Assembly: GCA_963822965.1 (NCBI GenBank)
Contig: CAWGJT010000008.1
Span: 64,001-128,000, forward strand
Direction of reading: 5' to 3'
Length of the DNA stretch: 64,000 nucleotides
Origin: an uncultured delta proteobacterium
GTDB lineage: Bacteria > Myxococcota_A > UBA9160 > UBA4427
Shown here one piece after another: positions 18,701 through 26,939 of this stretch. Below the pieces are notes generated by a model. It was not told the DNA's origin, did not search any database, and saw only the letters and a program-made list of their open reading frames with translations. The position numbers and the translations under genes are program-made. Position 1 is the stretch's first letter, and each line of letters begins with the position of its first letter.

Positions 18701-19333
18701 GAGCTCGAGGCGGATGGGCCGCGGCAGGTGGGGCGGGAAGACGTCCACGATGCCGCCGCGGACCGCGATCTCCCCGGCCTCCTCGACGAGGGGCATGCGC
18801 GCGTAGCCGGCGGCCACCAGGGTCTCGACGAGGGCGTCGCGGTCGACGGTGCGGCCGACCTCGAGGTGCACGCTCCGTGAGCGCACCGCGTCGCGCGAGG
18901 GGACCCGCAAGGCGAGCGCCGTCCAGGGTGCGACCACGATCGGCGCGGGCTTCGCGCGGGACGTCCCCGCGGAGGCGAGCCAGCGATAGAGGACGTCCAT
19001 GCGCTGGGCGATCACGAAGGGCTGCGGGGAGAATCGGTCGTAGGGGAGCGTGTCGTGGCGCGGGAATGCGCGTGTGCGCCGCGCGTCTTCGCGCTCACCG
19101 AGACAGGTGCGCAGGTCGTCGAGCAGCGTGTCCGTCGCCTTTGCGTTGGCGGTGAGGAAGAGGACCGGGGCATCGCCGTGGGCGTCCACCAGGCGCGCAC
19201 CGACGAGGGCGGGAGAGGCGCCGCGCAGGCCCGTCAGGCGCACGGGACCCCGGCGAGCGGTCACCTGGGCGATGACGCGCTCGAGGGTGTCGCTCGTCGT
19301 CTGTCTGTCGCTGCGCCTGCCGGCCACGATCAC
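15755..19333 (-). CDS. mfd: Transcription-repair coupling factor
   Basis: PYDRFSP, AVRGGIVDVFP, LVHVDHGIG, MDRLVCGDVGYGKTEVA, IDEEHRFGV, LYQLRGRVGRS, DLEIRGAGNLLG. Start approximate (GTG 19333). Confidence 0.97.
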   Translation of the reverse strand: MIVAGRRSDRQTTSDTLERVIAQVTARRGPVRLTGLRGASPALVGARLVDAHGDAPVLFLTANAKATDTLLDDLRTCLGEREDARRTRAFPRHDTLPYDRFSPQPFVIAQRMDVLYRWLASAGTSRAKPAPIVVAPWTALALRVPSRDAVRSRSVHLEVGRTVDRDALVETLVAAGYARMPLVEEAGEIAVRGGIVDVFPPHLPRPIRLELFGDEIESIREFDAASQRSQDKLGSAVAPPPRELLFDRDLVMRRSEEIRALGRSTAVPARTIDEWIDSLLRGHVPPGAEALAPLLQPAQETAFDFLPDDTLVVLDDPEGGRSRLAHYFEEATHNCLAAREAGRPVVEPGTLLLDPASFETALASRSPVSLERLDVIHEQPRGAHAPVRLHVQTTAHDDLRRELIQTRTHDRALRPLADYLVDRCSERFRVAILCTSLSSAERLQALLGEYGLESRTASDPRPVSRWAAPGRIEIRVAPLSSGFDVPAERLTVLTEEEIFGRREKKRRSASWRDGTAVEGLGALSVGDYLVHVDHGIGAYRGLVELSVGGLAAELLCIEYEGGDRLFLPVDRLNLVQRYGDADGAQPRIDRLGGDTWEKTKRKVKKSLQIMASELLSLHAARELAPGFAFSPRDAYFEEFEATFPFEETPDQADAIEDVLADMLKPKPMDRLVCGDVGYGKTEVAVRAAFRAVMDGKQVAVLVPTTILCQQHAATFAERLRGYPVEIESLSRFRTAREARAVEEGLASGRIDVAIGTHRLLQKNVRFRDLGLLVIDEEHRFGVAHKERIKKLKKTVDVLTLTATPIPRTLQLSFTGIRDLSLINTAPVDRLAVRTQVARFDETLIREAILREVRRGGQVYFMHNRVRTIGAVAEMLERVVPEVKAIVAHGQMGERELEAKMLAFQRGEADVLLCTTIIESGLDIPRANTIVINRADALGLAQLYQLRGRVGRSSHRAYAYLLVPASTGALSDDARKRLEAIQDLSELGSGFRLANMDLEIRGAGNLLGAEQSGNLRSVGYETYMELLEETIEELRGNIVKAAIEPEIRLPVVARLPEAYVSDVSQRLVLYKRLASSRDEGELAGVRDEILDRYGSLPLEAENLLEVIRLKIMARELGVLAVSAGRGEIVLTVSESANIDPQRLVQLLTKAGANVRVTPDHRIHAPAPPAGAAAAALFDRCHDLLLQLGAKPGG

Positions 19334-19470
19334 GCTCCGAACGCACGAAAGCCCGAACGCGCCCCGGGGTGGGGGTGGGCGTCCAGGCAGGTCTCCCGAA
19401 GATCGCGCGCAGGGTAGCAGCCGCCTCGGCGCCGGCCGGCCGGAGCGCCTCCCCGCGCGAGGGATCGCGT

Positions 19471-20115
19471 TCAGCCGGGCTCGCCCCAACGCTCCCAGTA
19501 GGTGATCTCTCTTGCTCCCCTTCGCGGTGCGGGGGCCAGCACCGCGTCCCGCATGTATCCCACCGGCAGCAGCACGGTCTGGGTCACGTTCTCCGGGATG
19601 CCCAGCAGCGAAGCCACCTCGCGTTCGTGCAGCAGGTGGAGCGAGGTCCAGGTGGATCCAATGCCGCGCGCTCGCAGCGCCACCATCAGCGACCAGGCGG
19701 CGGGCAGGATCGAGCCGTAGAAGCCCACCTGTCGGGCGAGGCTGCCCTCCGGGCGCCCGAGCATGCACACCAGGATGAGGGCGGGCATCTCGTGCAGCCG
19801 AAGGGCGAGCTCGCGCTGGGCGCGCCGAAGCGGCGGCGGCTCCTCGCCGGATCGGCGGGCCTGCTCGGCGCGCACCTCGCCCAGCCGGTCGAACGCCCGG
19901 CGATAGACCTCCGCGACGCGAAGCTTGCCCTCGGGCTCGCTCACCACCACGAATCGCCACGCCTCGCGATCCAGACCCGTGGGCGCCTGGGCGGCGATGT
20001 CGATGCAGCGCTCGATCACCTCCCGGGGCACGGGACGGCTCCAGTCGATGCGGCGGCGGACCGAACGGGTGGTGGTCAGAGCGAGGTCGACGGATTCGGG
20101 GTGGGGGATGTCCAT
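19471..20115 (-). CDS. Nitroreductase-family protein
   Basis: LTTTRSVRRR, AAQAPTG, WRFVVV, SILPAAWSLMVALRARGIGSTWT. Confidence 0.9.
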   Translation of the reverse strand: MDIPHPESVDLALTTTRSVRRRIDWSRPVPREVIERCIDIAAQAPTGLDREAWRFVVVSEPEGKLRVAEVYRRAFDRLGEVRAEQARRSGEEPPPLRRAQRELALRLHEMPALILVCMLGRPEGSLARQVGFYGSILPAAWSLMVALRARGIGSTWTSLHLLHEREVASLLGIPENVTQTVLLPVGYMRDAVLAPAPRRGAREITYWERWGEPG

Positions 20116-20212
20116 GTCCCGATGCTACCCGCGCCGCCGGCGATCTCCTGCCCTACCCTGCCTGCCGGTCGAACCGCGCCGCCTTCCCCCCGGCAGCCCT
20201 CGGGAGCCGGTC

Positions 20213-20863
20213 ATGATGTCTCGAATCCTCTCCTTTCTGCTCGTGGTGCTCGTCGCGATCAGCGCCTTCGCCGCCTACCGCCTGCTCGAGGCGAGCCTGG
20301 CCGCGGAGGTCTACCGCGGGCGCCTGGCGGAGCTGGCCTCGGACTACGAGGCGCTGCGCCAGCGCTACAACGACGCGGTCCGCAGCACGGCGGTCACCGA
20401 GCTGCTGGTCGAGGACGGCAAGCTCACGGTGGTGATCCGAACCGCCGAGGGCGACCTCCAGTCGCTGGCCTCCCCGTTCGATCCCAGCAAGGAGATCTAC
20501 GTCGACTACGTGGTCCACGACGGCCGCCTGTGGATCCGCCGGCTCTTCGACGAGGACACCCCGCCGGGGGAGGGCATGGTGATCGATCCGCGCTTCGTGC
20601 ACGTCGACTGGGACCTCGAGAAGGCGGGCCACGGCAAGGCCGCCTATCGATCCCTGGGAGAGGGGCGCTGGGTGGTGGACGTCACCGGCGACGGGTCCCT
20701 CGGGCTCACCCGCCGCGAGCCGGGCGAGGTGGTGCGCCTCGAGCCTCCGCCCCCCGTGCGAAGGTACGAGCCGGTGGAGACCGAGGTGGACGAGACACTG
20801 GGATCGATCCGCCCGACGGAGGCTCTCGAAGCCCTGGCGCGCCAGCTCGAAACGGGCGCCTGA
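20213..20863 (+). CDS. Hypothetical membrane-anchored protein (N-terminal TM plus coiled coil)
   Basis: MMSRILSFLLVVLVAISAFAAY; coding-like codon usage. Confidence 0.7.
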   Translation: MMSRILSFLLVVLVAISAFAAYRLLEASLAAEVYRGRLAELASDYEALRQRYNDAVRSTAVTELLVEDGKLTVVIRTAEGDLQSLASPFDPSKEIYVDYVVHDGRLWIRRLFDEDTPPGEGMVIDPRFVHVDWDLEKAGHGKAAYRSLGEGRWVVDVTGDGSLGLTRREPGEVVRLEPPPPVRRYEPVETEVDETLGSIRPTEALEALARQLETGA

Positions 20864-20875
20864 GAGAGAACGCCC

Positions 20876-21049
20876 GGGGGCCCCTGGGCGGTCGGTGCCC
20901 GGTCGGATCTCTTCGCCCCCGCCTTCGGCGCGGAGTCGCTCCGCTGGGCGCTGGTCTCGGTCCTCGCCACCAGCGCCGTCGGCGTGGGCGCCCTGTTCGC
21001 GGCGGGGAGCAGCCTGCGCGAAGAGCTCGCGCGGGGCCGCGCGGGCTGA
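20876..21049 (+). pseudogene. Remnant encoding the C-terminal helices of an MFS transporter
   Basis: Start-less frame GGPWAVGARSDLFAPAFGAESLRWALVSVLATSAVGVGALFAAGSSLREELARGRAG* resembles the GPxxVGxLSD...SLRxAL end of spinster-like MFS proteins. Confidence 0.55.
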
Positions 21050-21093
21050 ACGAAGAGGGATGGGCGGAGTGGCTCCGGTGCGCCCGCGGTGGC

Positions 21094-22278
21094 TCAGCAC
21101 CCGGCCCGGACGCTGCGGGCGAAGTCGAGGGTTCGGACGGCGATCGAGGGCCAGGCGTGGTGCGCCCGCAGGTGACGGCGGGCGGACTCTCCGATGCGCG
21201 TGGCGCGGGAAGGGTCTGCGTGCAGCACCTCGAGGGCGGCGGCCAGCTCGCCGGGACCGGCGCCCTCGTCGAGCAGCCAAGCCGTGCGGTCGTGGACGAG
21301 ACCGGGCGCAGCGCGGCGGAAGGCGACGATCGGGCGGCCGGTCTCCATGTAGTTGAGGAGCTTGATGGGGAAGCCGCCGGGGCGCCGGCGCGTGGCCACC
21401 AGGCTCTCGGCGGCGAAGAGCAGCGCGCGGACGTCCGCGAAGGAGCGCAGCTCGACCACGCGCAGGTGCGGGAGGCGCTCGGCGCCGCCCCGGGCGTCGT
21501 GGGTGGCGACGACGACGGGGGGCGAGCCGGACGGCCGTCGTGCGGCTGCCGCGTCGAGCAGCGCGAGGTCCTGGTAGCCGTCCAGGTTGCCCGTGTAGAG
21601 CACGAATCCGCCGGGCTCGAGGCCGAGCCGGCGGCAGGCCTCGCGCATCGCCGGGCCGTCCGGCGCTCCGAGCGGGCCATGGCCGGGCGGGATGACGCGG
21701 ATCTCGCAGCGCGCGTGCGGACCCAGCAGCTCGCGCGCGTCCTCGCAGAGGGCCAGGATGCCGTCGGCGCGGCGCGCGATCCAGCCGTCGATGCCGGCGC
21801 CGAAGCGGTCGACGATGCGCGTCCACGAGGGAGGCCCGTAGGTGGAGAGCTCCCGTCCCAGGATGGTGTGGGCCACGTAGACGACGGGCACGCCGGTCAG
21901 CGGGCGCGCCGCGATCGCCGCCACGGCTGCCTCGGCGTTGTGGGCGAGCGCCACATCGAACCGATGCCGGCGATGAGCCGCCCGGTAGCGCAGCGCCAGG
22001 GCCGCGTCGGCCAGGGGCTTCTTCCAGCTCGGACCCGATCGCGCGCCGGCGGGACACAGCGCCGGCGCCGCCACCACGTGGGGGATGCCCTCCCAGGTCG
22101 CCGTCGCGCCCGAGCTCGCGGCCGTCGCCAGCGGACCCGTGATCGCGCGAGGAAGCGGATACGTGACGAGGACCGGCCGGGCTCCCGCGTCTCGCAGCGC
22201 CCGCGCCTGGCCCGCCAGGTAGACCTGGGAGCCCTGCGGGAGCGGGAACGGAAACGCGCCGACGAGGGCGACGCGCAT
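21094..22278 (-). CDS. Glycosyltransferase family 4 protein
   Basis: PFPLPQGSQV, LYTGNLDGYQD, GFPIKLLNYMETGRPIVA. Confidence 0.88.
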   Translation of the reverse strand: MRVALVGAFPFPLPQGSQVYLAGQARALRDAGARPVLVTYPLPRAITGPLATAASSGATATWEGIPHVVAAPALCPAGARSGPSWKKPLADAALALRYRAAHRRHRFDVALAHNAEAAVAAIAARPLTGVPVVYVAHTILGRELSTYGPPSWTRIVDRFGAGIDGWIARRADGILALCEDARELLGPHARCEIRVIPPGHGPLGAPDGPAMREACRRLGLEPGGFVLYTGNLDGYQDLALLDAAAARRPSGSPPVVVATHDARGGAERLPHLRVVELRSFADVRALLFAAESLVATRRRPGGFPIKLLNYMETGRPIVAFRRAAPGLVHDRTAWLLDEGAGPGELAAALEVLHADPSRATRIGESARRHLRAHHAWPSIAVRTLDFARSVRAGC

Positions 22279-23112
22279 CAGGGGGTCGCGACGGATCCGC
22301 CGCCCTCTGCGCTTCCGTGCGCCGCGCCCGGGTCCGGGTCCTCGCGCGCGGGTGCGAGCAGAGGAGCGCGCCGCAGGTCACGGTACAGCGACGACAGCTC
22401 GATCACCGCGCGCAGCAGAACGCGCGGCCGGGCGCCGGTGGGGCTGCCGTGGGCCCGGCGCCGGTGGCTGACCGGCACCTGTCGGATGCTGGCGCCGAGC
22501 GCCCGCGCCCGCACCAGGATCTCGGTGTTCACGAAGGCGCCGACGGACTGGATCGGGATGGCGTCGAGCACCGGACGGCGGAAGACCTTGAACGCGCAGT
22601 CGATGTCGCGCACGCGCAGGCCGAAGAGCGCCCGCACCACGAGGCCCCAGGTGCCCGCGATCAGGCACCGGGGCCAGGGGTCGCGGCGCCGGAAGCGGTA
22701 GCCGGCCACGATGTCGCACTCCTCGGCGTGGGCGAGGAGCCTTTCGAGCTCGTCGAGGTCGAACTGCAGGTCCGCATCGCTGAAGAAGACGAGCTCGCCC
22801 GTGGCGTGGCGCAGACCCGATCGCAGGGCGGCTCCGTACCCCGTGTTGACGGCGGTGCCGCACCATGCGAACGCGCTCGTCCCGCAGACACCACGCGTCG
22901 ATGATCGCCGCGCTGCCGTCCCGGGAGCCGTCGTCGACGATCACCACCTCGAAGTCGCGCGCGAGCCGGGCGCCCACCGCCAGGGCGGACTCGATCACCG
23001 CGCCGACGGTGCGCTCTTCGTCGAAGACCGGAAACACCAGGGAAAGGGCCGGCCGGGCCGCATGCGGCGGCGGAATCGGGGTCGGGCGGGCTTCGGCGGT
23101 CGCGCTCGTCAA
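22278..23112 (-). CDS. Glycosyltransferase family 2 (DPM-synthase-like), with one frameshift near 22853
   Basis: LSLVFPVFDEE, VIVDDGSRDGS; after the shift NTGYGAALRSG, FFSDADLQFD, GYR, DIDCAFKVFRR. Confidence 0.88.
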
Positions 23113-23151
23113 GGGATTCTTCTCTTCGGGAGCTTGGGCTCGGGTCGCGCT

Positions 23152-24873
23152 CTACTCGAGATAGCCCAGGACGCGCAGGCGTTCCGCGACGAGGGCGTCC
23201 TCTTCGGGCGTGTAGGCGCGGGCTGCCGTGTGGGGGCTGCCGGAGTCGGTCGGCTCCCACGGGATGCCCATCCGGTCCAGCAGCCACGGGGCGACGTCCA
23301 CGAGCGCCCGGGGCGGTGAGCCGATGGTGCCGTCACCCGCCGCATGTCCTGCCGTCGCGACTGTGGCGTGTCCTGCCGTCGCGACTGCGGCGTGTCCTGC
23401 CGTCGCGACGAAGACACCGTCCGGCCGGTGGGTGCCGTTCATGCCGCGTCCACGACCTCCGGCCAGCTCGTCGTCGTGCAGCCGACGCACCGATCCTCCC
23501 GTCTCGTCCCAGGGCGTCGGGACGAGGGACAGACCGTACCCCCGGTCGAGCGCCAGCTCGACCACCACGTCCGGCGCCCGCTCCCGGAACGGACCCGCGT
23601 ACACGTCCTCCCGACGGCGGGCCCGTGCCACCACGGGCCCGCCGTCGGGCAGCTTCCAGTCGAGCAGGGCGTCGATCACCCGGTCGCGGGTGGCCTCGTA
23701 GTCGGGCTCCTCCACGCAGCCCCGGCCCTCGCGCCCCGCCAGGTTGATCCAGACCCCGGGCTGGGTGTTCGCCTCCTCGGAGAAGGCCCGGGTGCGGGCC
23801 CAGTCGAAGCCTCCGAAGCGCACGCTGCTCTCGAGGCGCGCCGCGGCTCCACGCGCGCGCCGGAAGACGGCCTGGGCCAGCGCGGGCGGGAGCAAGCGGA
23901 CCGCCGTGTCCCGCGCGCGCCGCGAGAGCAGCGACAGGCTGCCGCCGGCCCGTCCCTTGCGGGCAAGCAGACCGCACTCCGAGAGCCGGCGATTCAGGTG
24001 CACGACGTAGCGGGAGGCTCCGCCCATGCCGTGATCCGACAGCACGACGCAGAGGGCGTCCGTCCCGAAGGCGTTCCGGATCTCGCCGCAGGCGGCGTCC
24101 AACCGCTCGTAGACGGTCTCCACCGCCCGGCGGCGCACCGGGTCGGCCCGGGGGTCGTGGCGCGGTGAGGCAGGATCGTGATCCCGCCAGTAGTGATGGC
24201 CGACGGTGTCGCTCTCGGAGAAGACGATGGTGGCGAGGTCCGGCCGCCGGCCGCTCTGCTCCTCGAGGACCCGCAGCGCCTCGAGGCAGAAGCGCGTCTT
24301 GCCCTCGATGCGCTCCAGCAGGGTGCCGACGGCGCGCTCGTGGAAGTCCCCGCCGGTATCGCTCTCGGAGAGCCCCGGTCGCATCCACGGCCCGGCGCGC
24401 TGGGCGATCCGCCGGTAGAGGTCGGGGTCGCTCGCCGAGCCCTCGTCGGTGCCGGCGGACACGGGAGCGTCGAAGCCCGTCACCAGCAGGCCCGAGACGG
24501 GCTCCGGGGGATGCGTGGCGGGCATGCCGAGGGCGAGCACCTGCCCGCCTGCCCGGGACACCCGCGCGAAGATCGAGGCCCCGGATCGGTCGGTCGCGTT
24601 CACGAAGCGCACGCGGTACTCGCCCGGCAGCTTCTGGGTGAAGTCGAAGATGCCATGCTCGCCCGGCTCCCGGCCCGTCAGGAAGCTGGTCCAGGCCGGA
24701 AAGGTGACCGGGGGAACGGTGCTGCGGAGGAGCCCGGATCGGCCCCCGGCGATCCAGCGGGCGAGGTTCGGCAGTCGTCCCCGGGCCACCAGGGGCTCGA
24801 TGACGTCGAAGGTCGCGCCGTCCAGCGCGAGGACGAGAACGGGCCGCAGGCGGGGCTCGGGGATGGTCGACAT
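23152..24873 (-). CDS. Alkaline phosphatase superfamily protein (type I phosphodiesterase / nucleotide pyrophosphatase-like)
   Basis: LALDGAT, STVPPVTFPAWTSFLTGREPGEHGIFDF, DTVGHHYW, LSDHG, GTHRPDG; ends ERLRVLGYLE. Confidence 0.88.
   Translation of the reverse strand: MSTIPEPRLRPVLVLALDGATFDVIEPLVARGRLPNLARWIAGGRSGLLRSTVPPVTFPAWTSFLTGREPGEHGIFDFTQKLPGEYRVRFVNATDRSGASIFARVSRAGGQVLALGMPATHPPEPVSGLLVTGFDAPVSAGTDEGSASDPDLYRRIAQRAGPWMRPGLSESDTGGDFHERAVGTLLERIEGKTRFCLEALRVLEEQSGRRPDLATIVFSESDTVGHHYWRDHDPASPRHDPRADPVRRRAVETVYERLDAACGEIRNAFGTDALCVVLSDHGMGGASRYVVHLNRRLSECGLLARKGRAGGSLSLLSRRARDTAVRLLPPALAQAVFRRARGAAARLESSVRFGGFDWARTRAFSEEANTQPGVWINLAGREGRGCVEEPDYEATRDRVIDALLDWKLPDGGPVVARARRREDVYAGPFRERAPDVVVELALDRGYGLSLVPTPWDETGGSVRRLHDDELAGGRGRGMNGTHRPDGVFVATAGHAAVATAGHATVATAGHAAGDGTIGSPPRALVDVAPWLLDRMGIPWEPTDSGSPHTAARAYTPEEDALVAERLRVLGYLE
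23342..23409. repeat. 24-bp in-frame tandem repeat, about 3 copies (VATAGHAA)
   Basis: gcgtgtcctgccgtcgcgactgcg-like units. Confidence 0.9.
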
Positions 24874-25060
24874 GGCGATTCCGGGCTCCTATAGTAGTCC
24901 GCCCTCGGGTCCGGCCGCTGCCGGCCCACTCGAACTACGCTGCCAACACCCCGGCGAGCTCAGAGCGCAAAGGCGCGAAGGCGCAAAGGGCGAAACGGCT
25001 TCCCGCCAGGCAGGTGGGAGCGCGCCTCCGGTCCGGCAGCCTCTGGCGAGGAGAACACCC

Positions 25061-25708
25061 ATGGCAATCGAGCTGTTGTGCCGAAAGATCGGCATGACGC
25101 GGGTCTACGACGAGGCCGGACAGGCGATTCCCGTCACCGTCCTCGAGGCCGGCCCCAACGTGGTGGTCCAGCAGAAGACGCAGCAGACGGACGGCTACGA
25201 CGCCCTTCAGCTCGGCTTCGGGGATCGGCGCGAGAGCCTCTTCACGAAGCCCGAGAAGGGTCACTTCGACAAGGCGGGGGTGGCGCCCAAGCGCCACCTG
25301 CGCGAGAGCCGGGTGGACGCCGAGCAGGTGGCCGCGCACGTGCCGGGGTCGGAGATCACCTGCGCGATCTTCGAGCCGGGCCAGTACGTGGACGCCGTCG
25401 GCACCTCGAAGGGCCGGGGCTTCGCGGGCGTGGTCAAGCGGCACGGCTTCCCGATCAAGAAGAAGAGCCACGGCACCCACGAGTCCTTCCGCCACGGCGG
25501 CTCCATCGGTGCGGGCAGCTTCCCGGGCCGGGTCATCAAGGGGCTCAAGATGGCCGGGCACATGGGCGACGAGCGGGTCACCGTGCGGAACCTGCAGGTC
25601 GTTCGGGTGGAGCCCGACCGCAATCTGGTCTTCGTGCGCGGCTCGGTGCCGGGCCATCGCGACGGCATCGTCGCCCTGCGGCCGGCCGTCCTCTGCCTGA
25701 AGAAGTAG
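25061..25708 (+). CDS. rplC: 50S ribosomal protein L3 (outside the S10 operon)
   Basis: KIGMTRVY, IPVTVLEAGPN, DGYDALQLGF, GTSKGRGFAGVVKRHGF, GSIG, KMAGHMG, VRGSVPG; RBS AGGAG. Confidence 0.97.
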   Translation: MAIELLCRKIGMTRVYDEAGQAIPVTVLEAGPNVVVQQKTQQTDGYDALQLGFGDRRESLFTKPEKGHFDKAGVAPKRHLRESRVDAEQVAAHVPGSEITCAIFEPGQYVDAVGTSKGRGFAGVVKRHGFPIKKKSHGTHESFRHGGSIGAGSFPGRVIKGLKMAGHMGDERVTVRNLQVVRVEPDRNLVFVRGSVPGHRDGIVALRPAVLCLKK

Positions 25709-25714
25709 CCCCCG

Positions 25715-26326
25715 GTTTCCCGCTACCAGCGAAAAGACCACTTCCACCAGCGCGCCAAGCGTGAGGGCTACCGCTCCCGGGCGGCCTACAAGCTGGCCGA
25801 TCTGCAGAAGCAGCATCGCCTGCTGCGAGCCGGGCAGCGCGTGGCGGATCTCGGCTGCTGGCCGGGCGGCTTCCTGCAGGTGGCGGCGGAGATCGTGGGT
25901 CCCCGTGGGGTCGTCGTGGGAGCGGATCTGGCTCCGGTGGAGCCGCCGCTCGAAAACGAGAACGTGATCGCAATCCAGGGCGACCTCGGGGATCCCCAGA
26001 TTTGCGAACGCATTCTCGAAGCCCTCGGAGGGCATCCCGCCGACGTGGTCCTGTGCGACGCGGCTCCCAAGCTGACCGGCGTGCGCGACGTCGACCGGGC
26101 CGCCGAGGAGCGGCTGCTCGAGGCGGTGGAGGGACTGCTGCCGCCCCTGCTCGCGGCCGGCGGCGATCTGCTGCTCAAGATCCTCGAGGGTCCCGAGGCC
26201 CAGCAGATCGATCGACGCATCCGGCAGGCCTTCGAGAAGGCGCGCACCGTGAAGTCGTCGGCCACCCGCAAGGGCAGCAGCGAGCGCTACCTCGTGGCTC
26301 GCGGCTACCGCCCGCCGGTAGACTGA
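25715..26326 (+). CDS. rlmE: 23S rRNA Um2552 2'-O-methyltransferase; no canonical start codon
   Basis: KDHFHQRAKREGYRSRAAYKL, DLGCWPGGF, VVLCDAAP, LLKIL, ATRKGSSERY (K-D-K-E tetrad). Confidence 0.9.
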   Translation, partial: VSRYQRKDHFHQRAKREGYRSRAAYKLADLQKQHRLLRAGQRVADLGCWPGGFLQVAAEIVGPRGVVVGADLAPVEPPLENENVIAIQGDLGDPQICERILEALGGHPADVVLCDAAPKLTGVRDVDRAAEERLLEAVEGLLPPLLAAGGDLLLKILEGPEAQQIDRRIRQAFEKARTVKSSATRKGSSERYLVARGYRPPVD

Positions 26327-26416
26327 GGCCGACGACGCTGCAAAGCCGGCGCCGGCGCGCACGCGCATCCGGGTCGGCCGTCATTCCAGGAGCCCCATCC
26401 GAGGAGAGAGCCTTCC

Positions 26417-26893
26417 GTGTCCGATCGTCCCTTCCGTGTTCTCGGCATCCAGCAGATCGCAGTGGGCGGCGTGGACAAACGTTCGCTGCGCGAGTTCTGG
26501 ATCGACACCCTCGGCCTCTCCGATGAGGGCAACTATCGGAGCGAGTCCGAGAACGTCGACGAGGACATCGCGGCCATCGGGTCCGGTCCGTTCAAGGTGG
26601 AGGTGGATCTCATGCAGCCGGTCGATCCGGGCAGGAGTCCCCGAGTGCACGAGCCGGCACTCAATCACGTCGGGCTCTGGATCGACGATCTCCCCGCGGC
26701 CGTGGAGTGGCTGACCGGCCGCGGCGTGCGCTTCACGCCCGGTGGCATCCGCAAGGGAGCTTCCGGATTCGACGTGTGCTTCATCCATCCGAAAGGCAAC
26801 GACGCGTCGCCGATCGGCGCAGCCGGTGTGCTCGTCGAGCTCGTGCAGGCGCCGCCGGAGGTCCGCCAGGCGTTCGAACGCGTCGCCGGCTGA
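26417..26893 (+). CDS. VOC/glyoxalase-family protein (methylmalonyl-CoA epimerase-like fold)
   Basis: [51 protein letters not shown]. Confidence 0.88.
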   Translation: MSDRPFRVLGIQQIAVGGVDKRSLREFWIDTLGLSDEGNYRSESENVDEDIAAIGSGPFKVEVDLMQPVDPGRSPRVHEPALNHVGLWIDDLPAAVEWLTGRGVRFTPGGIRKGASGFDVCFIHPKGNDASPIGAAGVLVELVQAPPEVRQAFERVAG

Positions 26894-26939
26894 ACGTGCG
26901 GTGTCCGCGTTCGACGCGGACGCCGCGGAGGAGCTCGCC

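Noticed and set aside
19334..19960. N-terminal extension of Mfd to 1401 aa in the ORF track
   Set aside because: It overlaps the nitroreductase gene and is low-complexity; Mfd similarity begins near 19300.
20861..20863. Selenocysteine read-through at this TGA
   Set aside because: No redox-motif context and no recognisable SECIS hairpin. The downstream frame looks like an unrelated MFS remnant.
24960..25000. c-di-GMP-I riboswitch-like words (GCAAA, GAAA, GCAAAG) in the rplC leader
   Set aside because: The GGCAAAC...GAAA...GGxCGCAAAGC order and the P2/P3 pairing are not satisfied.
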